From the IMG/VR virus record IMGVR_UViG_3300030376_006134, positions 1-40,593 of that record: a stretch of 40,593 nt of DNA. One strand, written 5' to 3'. This DNA is from a virus. Taxonomy: Duplodnaviria; Caudoviricetes. Shown here piece by piece: positions 19,103 to 27,675 of this stretch. Within the stretch, counting starts at the first letter, position 1. The number at the start of each line of letters is the position of its first letter. Below the pieces are notes generated by a model. The model was not told the DNA's origin, did no database searches, and was given only the letters and a program-made list of their open reading frames with translations. The translations under genes were made by a program, and so were the position numbers.

Positions 19103-19624
19103 ATGAAAATAGGATTTTGTGGAACAATGAGTGTAGGAAAAACTACATTAGTAAAAGCATTAAAGGAATTACCTGAATTTAAAGATTATACTTTTAGAAC
19201 AGAACGTTCAAAATATCTTATGGAGATGGGTATACCATTAAATACAGATTCAACATTAAAAGGTCAATTAGTTTTTGCAGCTGAACGAGCAAGTGAATTA
19301 ATGCAAGAAAAAATTATTACTGATAGAACAGTAGTTGATGTTATGGCATTTGCTGATTTATCTACTTCAATGGATTCATCTCATAAACATTATTTAAATG
19401 CTACTTTATATTATTTAATAAAAGAATATGATTATTTATTTTATATATCTCCTGAAGGTATTGAAATTGAAGATAATGGTGTTAGAGAAACTAATTCTGA
19501 ATATAGAATAGCTATTGATAATAAAATAAAATCAATTACACAAATGTTTAGAGGTAATACTATTACTATTAGTGGTACAACTAAGGAACGTATAAAACAA
19601 GTTAAACAAGCAATTTTTTCGTAA
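19103..19624 (+). CDS. P-loop nucleoside/nucleotide kinase-like (AAA_28/NadR-type)
   Basis: GTMSVGKTT; ITDRTVVD; YDYLFY...EDNGVR. Confidence 0.8.
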   Translation: MKIGFCGTMSVGKTTLVKALKELPEFKDYTFRTERSKYLMEMGIPLNTDSTLKGQLVFAAERASELMQEKIITDRTVVDVMAFADLSTSMDSSHKHYLNATLYYLIKEYDYLFYISPEGIEIEDNGVRETNSEYRIAIDNKIKSITQMFRGNTITISGTTKERIKQVKQAIFS

Positions 19625-19633
19625 TATTTATAA
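19625..19633 (+). promoter_or_regulatory. TATTTATAA putative late promoter
   Basis: Intergenic, before ATG 19648. Confidence 0.6.
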
Positions 19634-19647
19634 TAAAATACTTTGTA

Positions 19648-19998
19648 ATGAAAAAATCAGACTTAAAATTATCTATTAAAGAAGAAATAATTGAAATGTT
19701 ATCTGAGGCAACTCCTGAAGATATAGCAGCACAAAAAGAGTTAAATGATGAATTAGAGAAAACTAAGGAACTTCAAGATGATATAATGGCTGAAGATGAA
19801 GAACCTACTAAATCTCAATTAAAAGGAGCTTCTAAAGATTCAATAGCTACCATAGCTAATAAATTACAACAAACAACTAAAGAGATGAAATCTACAGTTA
19901 ATAAGTGGAAAACATCAGAAGGAGAAGAAAAACAAAAATTAAGAGATAAATTATTGAAACTAACTAATATTAAAAAAGAGTTAGAATCAATGTTATAA
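19648..19998 (+). CDS. Coiled-coil protein, candidate head-internal protein
   Basis: Leader MKKSDLKLSIKEEIIEMLSE. Confidence 0.55.
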   Translation: MKKSDLKLSIKEEIIEMLSEATPEDIAAQKELNDELEKTKELQDDIMAEDEEPTKSQLKGASKDSIATIANKLQQTTKEMKSTVNKWKTSEGEEKQKLRDKLLKLTNIKKELESML

Positions 19999-20008
19999 AA
20001 CTATTGTT

Positions 20009-20299
20009 ATGAATAAATTATGGAAATTGTTACTCGCAATTGGTGGAATCATTGGGGGTATGTTACTAGTGTCTAGTAAGAAAAAATCAAATTATAAAAA
20101 AAGAGTTGATGCTAATAAAGAAAAAATAGACTTTATTACAAAAAAAGCAGACAAAGTAAAAAAAGAAAAAGCTAAAACTAAAGCTAATATTAAAAAAACT
20201 TCTAAAAAAATAGCTACAACTAAATCTAAAGCTAAGTCTACTAAGTCAGCTAAAAAAACAACATCTGATTTTAAGAAAAAATACAGAAAAAATAAATAA
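20009..20299 (+). CDS. Membrane-anchored Lys-rich protein
   Basis: N-terminal hydrophobic helix LWKLLLAIGGIIGGMLLV, then K-rich helix. Confidence 0.6.
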   Translation: MNKLWKLLLAIGGIIGGMLLVSSKKKSNYKKRVDANKEKIDFITKKADKVKKEKAKTKANIKKTSKKIATTKSKAKSTKSAKKTTSDFKKKYRKNK

Positions 20300-20694
20300 T
20301 GAAACAAAAAATAGCTTATATATTTGTTATTATTTTTTGGTTATTTGTTTCTAATTTATTTGCACAAGATAAGATAGTAGAAATACCAGAAGTAGAATTA
20401 GAAGGATTTTTTTTAGCTCTTGATACATTAGAATATCAAGATTCTATTAAGGATATTTTAATTAAAGATTTAGAAGCACAAATATTAAATTATAAATTAT
20501 TATCTAACCAAGATAGTTTATTAATTGAGTTTCAAAAACAACAATTTATTCTACAAAAACAACAAATAGATTTACATCTAGATAGATTAAAAACAGTGGA
20601 TAGGTGGTATCATAAACCTTGGATTGGATTTGTAGGAGGAGCAGCAACTACAATATTAATGATTCATGTAATAGATTATTCTTTACCTAAATAA
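20299..20694 (+). CDS. Signal-peptide + coiled-coil + C-terminal TM protein
   Basis: MKQKIAYIFVIIFWLFVSNLFA-QD; heptad region; WIGFVGGAATTILMIHVI. Confidence 0.6.
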   Translation: MKQKIAYIFVIIFWLFVSNLFAQDKIVEIPEVELEGFFLALDTLEYQDSIKDILIKDLEAQILNYKLLSNQDSLLIEFQKQQFILQKQQIDLHLDRLKTVDRWYHKPWIGFVGGAATTILMIHVIDYSLPK

Positions 20695-22262
20695 TGGCAG
20701 ATTTAAAGAAAATAATAAGACAAGAATATATAAAATGTGCAAAAGATCCTGTTCATTTTATGAAAAAATACTGCTACATCCAACATCCACAACGAGGTAG
20801 AATATCATTTAGTTTATATCCATTTCAAGAAAAAGTATTAGGTTTATTTAAAGATAATCCTTACTCAATAATCCTTAAGTCTAGACAATTAGGTATTTCA
20901 ACTTTAACTGCAGGTTATTCTTTATGGATGATGACATTTCATAAAGATAGAAATATACTTTGTATTGCAACTAAACAAGACACAGCTAAAAACATGGTTA
21001 CAAAGGTAAAATTCATGTATGAAAATTTACCTTCATGGTTAAAAGTTGATGCAATGGAGAATAATAAATTAACATTACGGCTTAATAATGGATCTCAAAT
21101 TAAGGCAACATCTGCAAGTAGTGATGCTGGTAGATCAGAAGCAGTATCTCTTCTATTAATTGATGAGGCAGCTTTTATTGATAATATTGGAGAGATTTGG
21201 GCTTCAGCTCAACAAACATTAGCTACTGGTGGTGGGTGTATTGCTTTAAGTACACCTTATGGTACTGGTAATTGGTTTCATCAAACATGGACAAGAGCAG
21301 AATCACAAGAAAATGAATTTTTACCTATTAAATTACCTTGGTATGTACATCCAGAACGAAATCAAGAATGGAGAGATAGACAAGATGAATTATTAGGTGA
21401 TCCTAGAATAGCAGCTCAAGAGTGTGATTGTGATTTTAGTACTTCTGGTGATATAGTATTTTATTCTGAGTGGATTGAATTTATCCAACAAACTACTATT
21501 AAAGATCCAATAGAAAGAAGAGGTGTAGATCAAAATTTATGGATTTGGGAAAATGCAGATTATTCTAGAGAATATATGGTTGTAGCTGATGTTGCTAGAG
21601 GTGATGGTAAAGATTTTTCTGCATGTCATGTAATGGATATTGAAACAAATACCCAAGTAGCAGAATATAAAGGACAATTACCACCTAAAGAATTTGGTTA
21701 TTTTTTAACTGGTTTAGCTACAGAGTTTAATAATGCTATGTTAGTAGTAGAAAATGCTAATATAGGATGGGCTGCTTTAGATGCAATTAGAGAAAGAGGA
21801 TATAGAAATTTATATCAATCCCCTAAATCAGATCAATTAACAGCAGAATCTTATTTAAGAGTATATGAAGGCAATTCTGAGATGGTTCCTGGTTTTACAA
21901 TGTCAATGAGAACAAGACCTCTTTGCATTAACAAATTTAGAGAATTTGTTGGTGACAGATCAGTAACTATTCAATCAAAACGTTTATTAGAAGAAATGAA
22001 AGTATTTATTTGGCGTAATGGAAGACCAGAAGCCCAAAGCGGTTACAACGATGACTTGGTTATGTCATTTGGGATTGGTATGTTCCTACGTGATACTTCA
22101 TTAAAGTTCCAACAACAAAGTTTAGATGGAGCTCGTGCAGCATTGGGTAATATACAAAAATCAAAAACCTCACATAGTGGAGGATATAGTGCTAATAATG
22201 TTCAAAATCCTTATTCAATGAAAATAGGGGGAAAAGATGAGGACATTAAATGGCTATTATAA
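20694..22262 (+). CDS. terL: Terminase large subunit (T4 gp17-like)
   Basis: LYPFQ, LKSRQLGIST, LLLIDEAAF, STPYG, ADVARGDGKDFS, NDDLVMS. Confidence 0.95.
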   Translation: MADLKKIIRQEYIKCAKDPVHFMKKYCYIQHPQRGRISFSLYPFQEKVLGLFKDNPYSIILKSRQLGISTLTAGYSLWMMTFHKDRNILCIATKQDTAKNMVTKVKFMYENLPSWLKVDAMENNKLTLRLNNGSQIKATSASSDAGRSEAVSLLLIDEAAFIDNIGEIWASAQQTLATGGGCIALSTPYGTGNWFHQTWTRAESQENEFLPIKLPWYVHPERNQEWRDRQDELLGDPRIAAQECDCDFSTSGDIVFYSEWIEFIQQTTIKDPIERRGVDQNLWIWENADYSREYMVVADVARGDGKDFSACHVMDIETNTQVAEYKGQLPPKEFGYFLTGLATEFNNAMLVVENANIGWAALDAIRERGYRNLYQSPKSDQLTAESYLRVYEGNSEMVPGFTMSMRTRPLCINKFREFVGDRSVTIQSKRLLEEMKVFIWRNGRPEAQSGYNDDLVMSFGIGMFLRDTSLKFQQQSLDGARAALGNIQKSKTSHSGGYSANNVQNPYSMKIGGKDEDIKWLL

Positions 22263-22264
22263 CA

Positions 22265-22273
22265 TATTTATAA
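22265..22273 (+). promoter_or_regulatory. TATTTATAA putative late promoter
   Basis: Between terminase stop and portal ATG 22285. Confidence 0.65.
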
Positions 22274-22284
22274 ATAAAAACAAA

Positions 22285-24204
22285 ATGGCAGATAAAGGCT
22301 TATTTTCACGATTACAACGATTATTTTCTACAGACGTATTAATACGTAATGTGGGTGGTAATCAACTTAAAGTCATGGATGTTAATCAAATCCAAATGAC
22401 TGGTGAATTAGAAACAAACTCCTTAGTAGATAGGTTTAATAGAATTTATACAAATTCCCCTAACTCCTTATATGGTCAACAACAAAATTTTAATTACCAA
22501 ACATTAAGACCTTACTTATATTCAGAGTATGATGCAATGGACACAGATGCTATTGTCGCATCAGCATTAGATATTGTAGCAGATGAATCTACCCTTAAAA
22601 ATGATATGGGAGAAGTTTTACAAATTAGATCTACTGATGAAAATATACAACAAATATTATATAATTTATTTTATGATGTTTTAAATATAGAATTTAATTT
22701 ATGGCCTTGGATTCGTAATATGTGTAAATATGGTGATTTCTTTTTAAAATTAGAAATTGCAGAAAAATTTGGTGTATATAATGTTATACCTTATACCGCA
22801 TATCATATTGAAAGAATTGAAGGGGGAATGGGAATAGATCAAGATGGAAACCCAATTAATCCTACAGAAGTAAAATATAGGTTTGACCCCGATGGTATAT
22901 CAGGAGCCGATTCAGGTTATTTTTCAGTCCCTAACTCAGGGAATCAAGCAAATTCCATTATATTCGATAATTATGAAATGGCACATTTTCGTTTATTAAC
23001 GGATATGAATTTTTTACCTTATGGTAGAAGTTACATTGAACCAGCTCGTAAGCTATTTAAACAATATGTTTTAATGGAAGATGCTATGTTAATTCATAGA
23101 ATTGTTCGTGCTCCTGAAAAAAGAATTTACTATATGAATGTTGGAGCTATTCCTCCAAATGAAGTAGATGCGTTTATGGAAAAAACAATTTCTAAACTTA
23201 AACGTACTCCATATATGGATGAAAAAACTGGTGAGTATAATTTAAAATATAACATGCAGAATATGCTTGAAGATTTTTATATACCAATCAGAGGGAATGA
23301 TTCAACAACAAAAATAGATAATCTAGCAGGTTTACAGTGGGATGGGATAGCTGATGTTGAATATTTAAGAGATAAATTATTTGCAGCCCTTAAAGTTCCT
23401 AAGGCATTTATGGGTTATGATGAAAATACAGATGGTAAAGCTACATTAGCAGCTCAAGATATTAGATTTGCTAGAACAGTAGAACGTATACAAAGAATAT
23501 TTACATCAGAATTATATAAAATAGCATTAATTCATTTATACACTCAAGGTTATAGAGATGGTGATTTAACTAATTTTGAAATTTCATTAACTACTCCTTC
23601 TATTATATATGATCAAGAAAAAGTAGCTTTAATGACTGAAAAAATGACACTAGCTCAGGCTATGATGGATAGTAAATTAATTCCATCAGATTGGATCTAT
23701 GAAAATATATTCCACTTTAGTCAAGATCAATATGAAGAATATAGAGATTTAGTTAACCAAGATACTAAACGTGGGTTTAGATTATCACAAATTGAGGCAG
23801 AAGGAAACGATCCTTTATCATCAGGTAAATCATATGGCACACCCCATGATTTAGCTGCTTTATATGGTAAAGGTAGAATGTATTCTGATCCTTCTAATTT
23901 ACCTAAAGGATATGATGAAGGAACAACTGATAAAGAACCATTAGGAAGACCCGTTGAAAATCCTACAAATAGAGATAAACAAGAAGGTAATTTTGGTAAA
24001 GATAGATTAGGAAGAAAGGGCATGAAAAAAGATTATAATGATACTTCATCACCTTTATCCGAATTAGAATCAAATAAAATATTATCTAAATATGAGGATA
24101 TGTTAAAAGATATCCCAGTTAACAAAAATATATTGCTTTCTGAAGAAAAAGTTGATAAAAAATACAAAGGAAACGTAATCAACGGTAATAATAAGAAATC
24201 TTAA
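22285..24204 (+). CDS. Portal protein (T4 gp20-like)
   Basis: LMEDAMLIHRIVRAPEKRIYY, MLEDFYIPIRG, DVEYLRDKLFAALKVP, DIRFARTVERIQ; ATG 22285 preferred to 22237. Confidence 0.95.
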   Translation: MADKGLFSRLQRLFSTDVLIRNVGGNQLKVMDVNQIQMTGELETNSLVDRFNRIYTNSPNSLYGQQQNFNYQTLRPYLYSEYDAMDTDAIVASALDIVADESTLKNDMGEVLQIRSTDENIQQILYNLFYDVLNIEFNLWPWIRNMCKYGDFFLKLEIAEKFGVYNVIPYTAYHIERIEGGMGIDQDGNPINPTEVKYRFDPDGISGADSGYFSVPNSGNQANSIIFDNYEMAHFRLLTDMNFLPYGRSYIEPARKLFKQYVLMEDAMLIHRIVRAPEKRIYYMNVGAIPPNEVDAFMEKTISKLKRTPYMDEKTGEYNLKYNMQNMLEDFYIPIRGNDSTTKIDNLAGLQWDGIADVEYLRDKLFAALKVPKAFMGYDENTDGKATLAAQDIRFARTVERIQRIFTSELYKIALIHLYTQGYRDGDLTNFEISLTTPSIIYDQEKVALMTEKMTLAQAMMDSKLIPSDWIYENIFHFSQDQYEEYRDLVNQDTKRGFRLSQIEAEGNDPLSSGKSYGTPHDLAALYGKGRMYSDPSNLPKGYDEGTTDKEPLGRPVENPTNRDKQEGNFGKDRLGRKGMKKDYNDTSSPLSELESNKILSKYEDMLKDIPVNKNILLSEEKVDKKYKGNVINGNNKKS

Positions 24205-24206
24205 CG

Positions 24207-24215
24207 TATTTATAA
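24207..24215 (+). promoter_or_regulatory. TATTTATAA putative late promoter
   Basis: Intergenic, before ATG 24230. Confidence 0.6.
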
Positions 24216-24229
24216 TAAAATAAGTATTG

Positions 24230-25099
24230 ATGTATATAAAACATTCAAAATTTAAAAATACTGGTATCCTATTTGAATTGCTAGTAAGAAAAATAACAGC
24301 AGACACATTAGCAGGAACTGAGTCTCCATCTGTAAATATTCTAAAAAAATATTTTGTAAATACAGAATTAGGAAAAGAATATAAATTATATGAGACTTTA
24401 TTTAAATCTAAAAATCTAACAGAAGGAAAAGCTAATACTATATTAACTACTATTTTAGAATCATCTAAAAAACTTAATAGAAAATCTCTTAAACGTGAAA
24501 AATATAATCTTGTAAAAGAATTAAGAGAACACTACAATGTAGAAGATTTATTTAAGACAAATATTTCTAATTATAAATCTTTAGCTGCTTTATATACATT
24601 ATTTGAAGTATACAATACACAAGAAATTACTAATCCTAATCAAATTGTTGATAATAAATTAGTATTATTAGAACATTTAACATCAAAAGAAATTAATAAA
24701 AATGATGTTGAAAATACTTTATTAAAAGAATTTAAATCTGAAGATAAGGATGTAAGACTTCTTACATATAGAGTAATACTAGAAAAATTTAATGATAAGT
24801 ATTCCCACTTATCAGACGCTCAAAAAATAATATTAAGAGAGTTTATTGAACATATTGATAGTACTAGCAAATTAAAAGAATTTTATAATTCTAAAATTCA
24901 AGAAATAAAAAGCAATTTATCTGAAGAAATTAAATCTATAAAAGATAAAGCTACTAAAATTAAATTAGTAGAGGTAAATAAGTTTATTGTTGAAATAGGT
25001 AAAAATAAAAAAATCAACAACGAAAATTTAGTTGATTTATTACAATATTGTAGTCTTTTAGAAGAAATAAAATCAACACATGAGCCAGTACAAATATAA
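24230..25099 (+). CDS. Helical hypothetical protein of the head module
   Basis: Long ORF between portal and protease; starts KHSKFKNTGILFELLVR. Confidence 0.65.
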   Translation: MYIKHSKFKNTGILFELLVRKITADTLAGTESPSVNILKKYFVNTELGKEYKLYETLFKSKNLTEGKANTILTTILESSKKLNRKSLKREKYNLVKELREHYNVEDLFKTNISNYKSLAALYTLFEVYNTQEITNPNQIVDNKLVLLEHLTSKEINKNDVENTLLKEFKSEDKDVRLLTYRVILEKFNDKYSHLSDAQKIILREFIEHIDSTSKLKEFYNSKIQEIKSNLSEEIKSIKDKATKIKLVEVNKFIVEIGKNKKINNENLVDLLQYCSLLEEIKSTHEPVQI

Positions 25100-26303
25100 A
25101 CTTAATGAAGTTCCAACAGTTGAACCTGGAGAAAAATTTAATATAGGAGATACTAAAATCTCTAAGGGTGTTAAATATACAGTTACTGGTATAGATAAAG
25201 AAACAGGGAGAGTTGCTTGGGATATAGATTATTTACCTAATTTAACTCAGTTATTTGATGCTATAAATGATTTATTTGATGTAACTAAATCAGTAGCTGT
25301 AAAAGCTAAAGATGATCCTAAATTTAGAGAAATTTATGATGATGCCAGAAAATTAAGAAATAAAATTCGCACACATATTAGAAAAGAATATCCAGCTGAT
25401 TTCCAAAGAATTTCAGGAAGATTAGATGAAGATTTTGATGTAGGACATCAAGATAATGAACCTAAAATGACTAAAAGTGATTTAGCTAGAGCAGCTAAAA
25501 TGGCTGTTATGCTTTATAAAAAAGTAGATAAATATGATACGGGTCGTGAGGTAGATTTTCCTGGTTGGTGGCAAGCAAAAATAACTAAAGCTCATGATTA
25601 TTTACAAAGTGCTTTTAATTATTTAGATGGTGCTGAAATGACTAGTGAAATATCTACAACAGGAGGAGGAGCAGGTGCTGCTTCATTCACACCAGGAACT
25701 GGAGGTCAATATGCTACACCATTTGCTTTTAGAAAAAAAGGACAAAAAGCAGATGATAAAGCTTATAAAGAATTAGGATATAAAGAAGTTAATGAAAATG
25801 AATCACCATCTTTAAAAGCTAAAATTGCGGCAGATGATTTTATGTATCAGTACCGTAAAGCATTTAGAATTGTTGATCATAACTTTGGTAAAGAAGCTGC
25901 AGATGAATTTAAAAATATTATAAAGTCTAAAATAGCTCAATTACAAGAAGGAGTAGGTGCTAACTTAGGACCTGGTCCTAAAGCAGGTCCTGATGGGGTT
26001 AAAGACAATTATTATGTTAAAGCATTTAAATATAAATTAGTTCCCAAAAAAATTAAAGGAGCAGGTACAATAGTGAAGCAATTATTTGAAGATGATTCAA
26101 AAAAAAACTTCCAATTAAAAAGAATAGAAGCATTTGATGGTGTTGAAGAAAAATTAAATAATATTTATACCATGATATCTAATGCTAAAAACGAAACAGT
26201 AAAATATTATAAAGATAATCCTGATTCATTTAAAGTAGTTAAACCTACAGATTTAATTATGGATTATTTAACAGATATAGAAAAATTATTAAAAAAAGAA
26301 TAA
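25080..26303 (+). CDS. Modular head-module protein containing a capsid N-arm-like segment
   Basis: Modules separated by LNE/LDE/TSE/VNE/LQE/LFE; EISTTGGGAGAASFTPGTGGQYA. Confidence 0.65.
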   Translation: MSQYKYKLNEVPTVEPGEKFNIGDTKISKGVKYTVTGIDKETGRVAWDIDYLPNLTQLFDAINDLFDVTKSVAVKAKDDPKFREIYDDARKLRNKIRTHIRKEYPADFQRISGRLDEDFDVGHQDNEPKMTKSDLARAAKMAVMLYKKVDKYDTGREVDFPGWWQAKITKAHDYLQSAFNYLDGAEMTSEISTTGGGAGAASFTPGTGGQYATPFAFRKKGQKADDKAYKELGYKEVNENESPSLKAKIAADDFMYQYRKAFRIVDHNFGKEAADEFKNIIKSKIAQLQEGVGANLGPGPKAGPDGVKDNYYVKAFKYKLVPKKIKGAGTIVKQLFEDDSKKNFQLKRIEAFDGVEEKLNNIYTMISNAKNETVKYYKDNPDSFKVVKPTDLIMDYLTDIEKLLKKE

Positions 26304-26938
26304 TGAAAACATTACAAGAACAATATAACCTAATTACAGAAGGTAAAGGACATAAAGATGTATTTCTAAAAGAAGCTAAATCACGTTATCCTAATTTGAT
26401 TAGCAATGTTCTAACCTATGATCAAGCTACTACTATATTAAAACAACGTTCAATCATTCAAGAACATATGTTGGGTGGTGTAGCTAAAAATGTAGGCAAA
26501 AAACCAGATTGGTTTTCTATTTTTGATGAAAATATGAATATTATAGTTGAAGAAGATTTAAATAAAAATAGCTATAATTATGAAGATAAAAAAAATATAG
26601 ACAACATGAATGGTGAGGAATTTAAATTAGGTATTAATTTTGAAATGTCTAAAGTAGCTGAATTACTTACTAGTGAAAATATGGGTGAGTATTTAGATAA
26701 AGCTAGAAAAACTGTTGCTAAAAACTTAGCTGCTAATCCTTTATATTATGTTGAAAATGCTGCATTTGGTCAAGAAGGAATTGGTTATACAGAAGATATA
26801 CCAGGTCTTAAACCCACAGAAATAAAAGGCAAATATGCTGAAAGTGGATATGGTGATGCTACTAAAAAAGAAGCAAACGATGAGTTTATAGAAGTTAAAG
26901 AATCTAAGATTTCATTTAATGATTTACTAAACGATTAA
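26303..26938 (+). CDS. Hypothetical head-module protein
   Basis: Leader MKTLQEQYNLITE; directly upstream of protease. Confidence 0.6.
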   Translation: MKTLQEQYNLITEGKGHKDVFLKEAKSRYPNLISNVLTYDQATTILKQRSIIQEHMLGGVAKNVGKKPDWFSIFDENMNIIVEEDLNKNSYNYEDKKNIDNMNGEEFKLGINFEMSKVAELLTSENMGEYLDKARKTVAKNLAANPLYYVENAAFGQEGIGYTEDIPGLKPTEIKGKYAESGYGDATKKEANDEFIEVKESKISFNDLLND

Positions 26939-26941
26939 GTT

Positions 26942-27547
26942 ATGAAACAGGTACTAATTGAAACTGCCTTATTTAAACCCCAACAACTTTCATTCACTGA
27001 AGGTTTAAAATCCAAAAGAGGATTTCCTATAGTTGAAGGTATACTAGCAACTTGTGAAGTTAAAAATGGTAACGGACGTTATTATTCTAGAGAGTTATGG
27101 GAAAGAGAAATGGAAAAATATAAGGATTTAATTGATGAAAATAGAGCAGTTGGAGAATTAGATCATCCTGAAGACTCAGTAGTTAATTTAAAAAATGTAT
27201 CTCACAATATTACTGATTATTGGTGGGATGGAGATAATATAATGGGTAAAATAGAAGTTTTACCTACACCATCAGGAAATATTCTAAAAGCACTTATTGA
27301 AAGTGGCATCACAGTAGGTGTTTCTTCTCGTGGAATGGGTTCACTTAAACCTATGGGTGAAGTACAAGAAGTACAAGATGATTTTCAACTATTATGTTGG
27401 GATTTTGTTTCAACACCATCTAACCCAGGATCATTTATGCATTTAGTTAAAGAAGGACTTAATGTAGATACAACAAACACATATAAAAAAGTAAATTCTA
27501 TTATTACAGAAATACTTTGCTCTAAAGGAAATTGTCCAATCTGGTAA
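26942..27547 (+). CDS. Prohead core protease (T4 gp21-like)
   Basis: NGNGRYY, GELDHP, VSH, LPTPSG, GVSSRGMGSL, DFVSTPS. Confidence 0.95.
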   Translation: MKQVLIETALFKPQQLSFTEGLKSKRGFPIVEGILATCEVKNGNGRYYSRELWEREMEKYKDLIDENRAVGELDHPEDSVVNLKNVSHNITDYWWDGDNIMGKIEVLPTPSGNILKALIESGITVGVSSRGMGSLKPMGEVQEVQDDFQLLCWDFVSTPSNPGSFMHLVKEGLNVDTTNTYKKVNSIITEILCSKGNCPIW

Positions 27548-27563
27548 TTTTTAAGAATCCTAA

Positions 27564-27675
27564 TATACGTATAATCGTAAATATGCTATCGCAACAACCT
27601 ATATAGCATTAAAACTCGTATTAATTACTATTACGTTTCTAAATAAACGTACTTCCCAAACAAATTTTAGGAAAA
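27564..27675 (+). promoter_or_regulatory. Promoter variant (TATACGTATAA) and structured leader of scaffold/capsid operon
   Basis: Inverted repeats ATGCTAT/ATAGCAT (27583-27609) and TACGTTT/AAACGTA (27632-27651). Confidence 0.45.

Noticed and set aside
20694-24204. Introns or inteins in terminase and portal
   Set aside because: Continuous ORFs of ordinary length; no intein terminal motifs noticed
6996-26169. TATTTATA copies inside genes (6996, 16600, 26162)
   Set aside because: Lack the final A of the intergenic motif and are expected by chance in AT-rich DNA; 16600 remains a possible internal promoter
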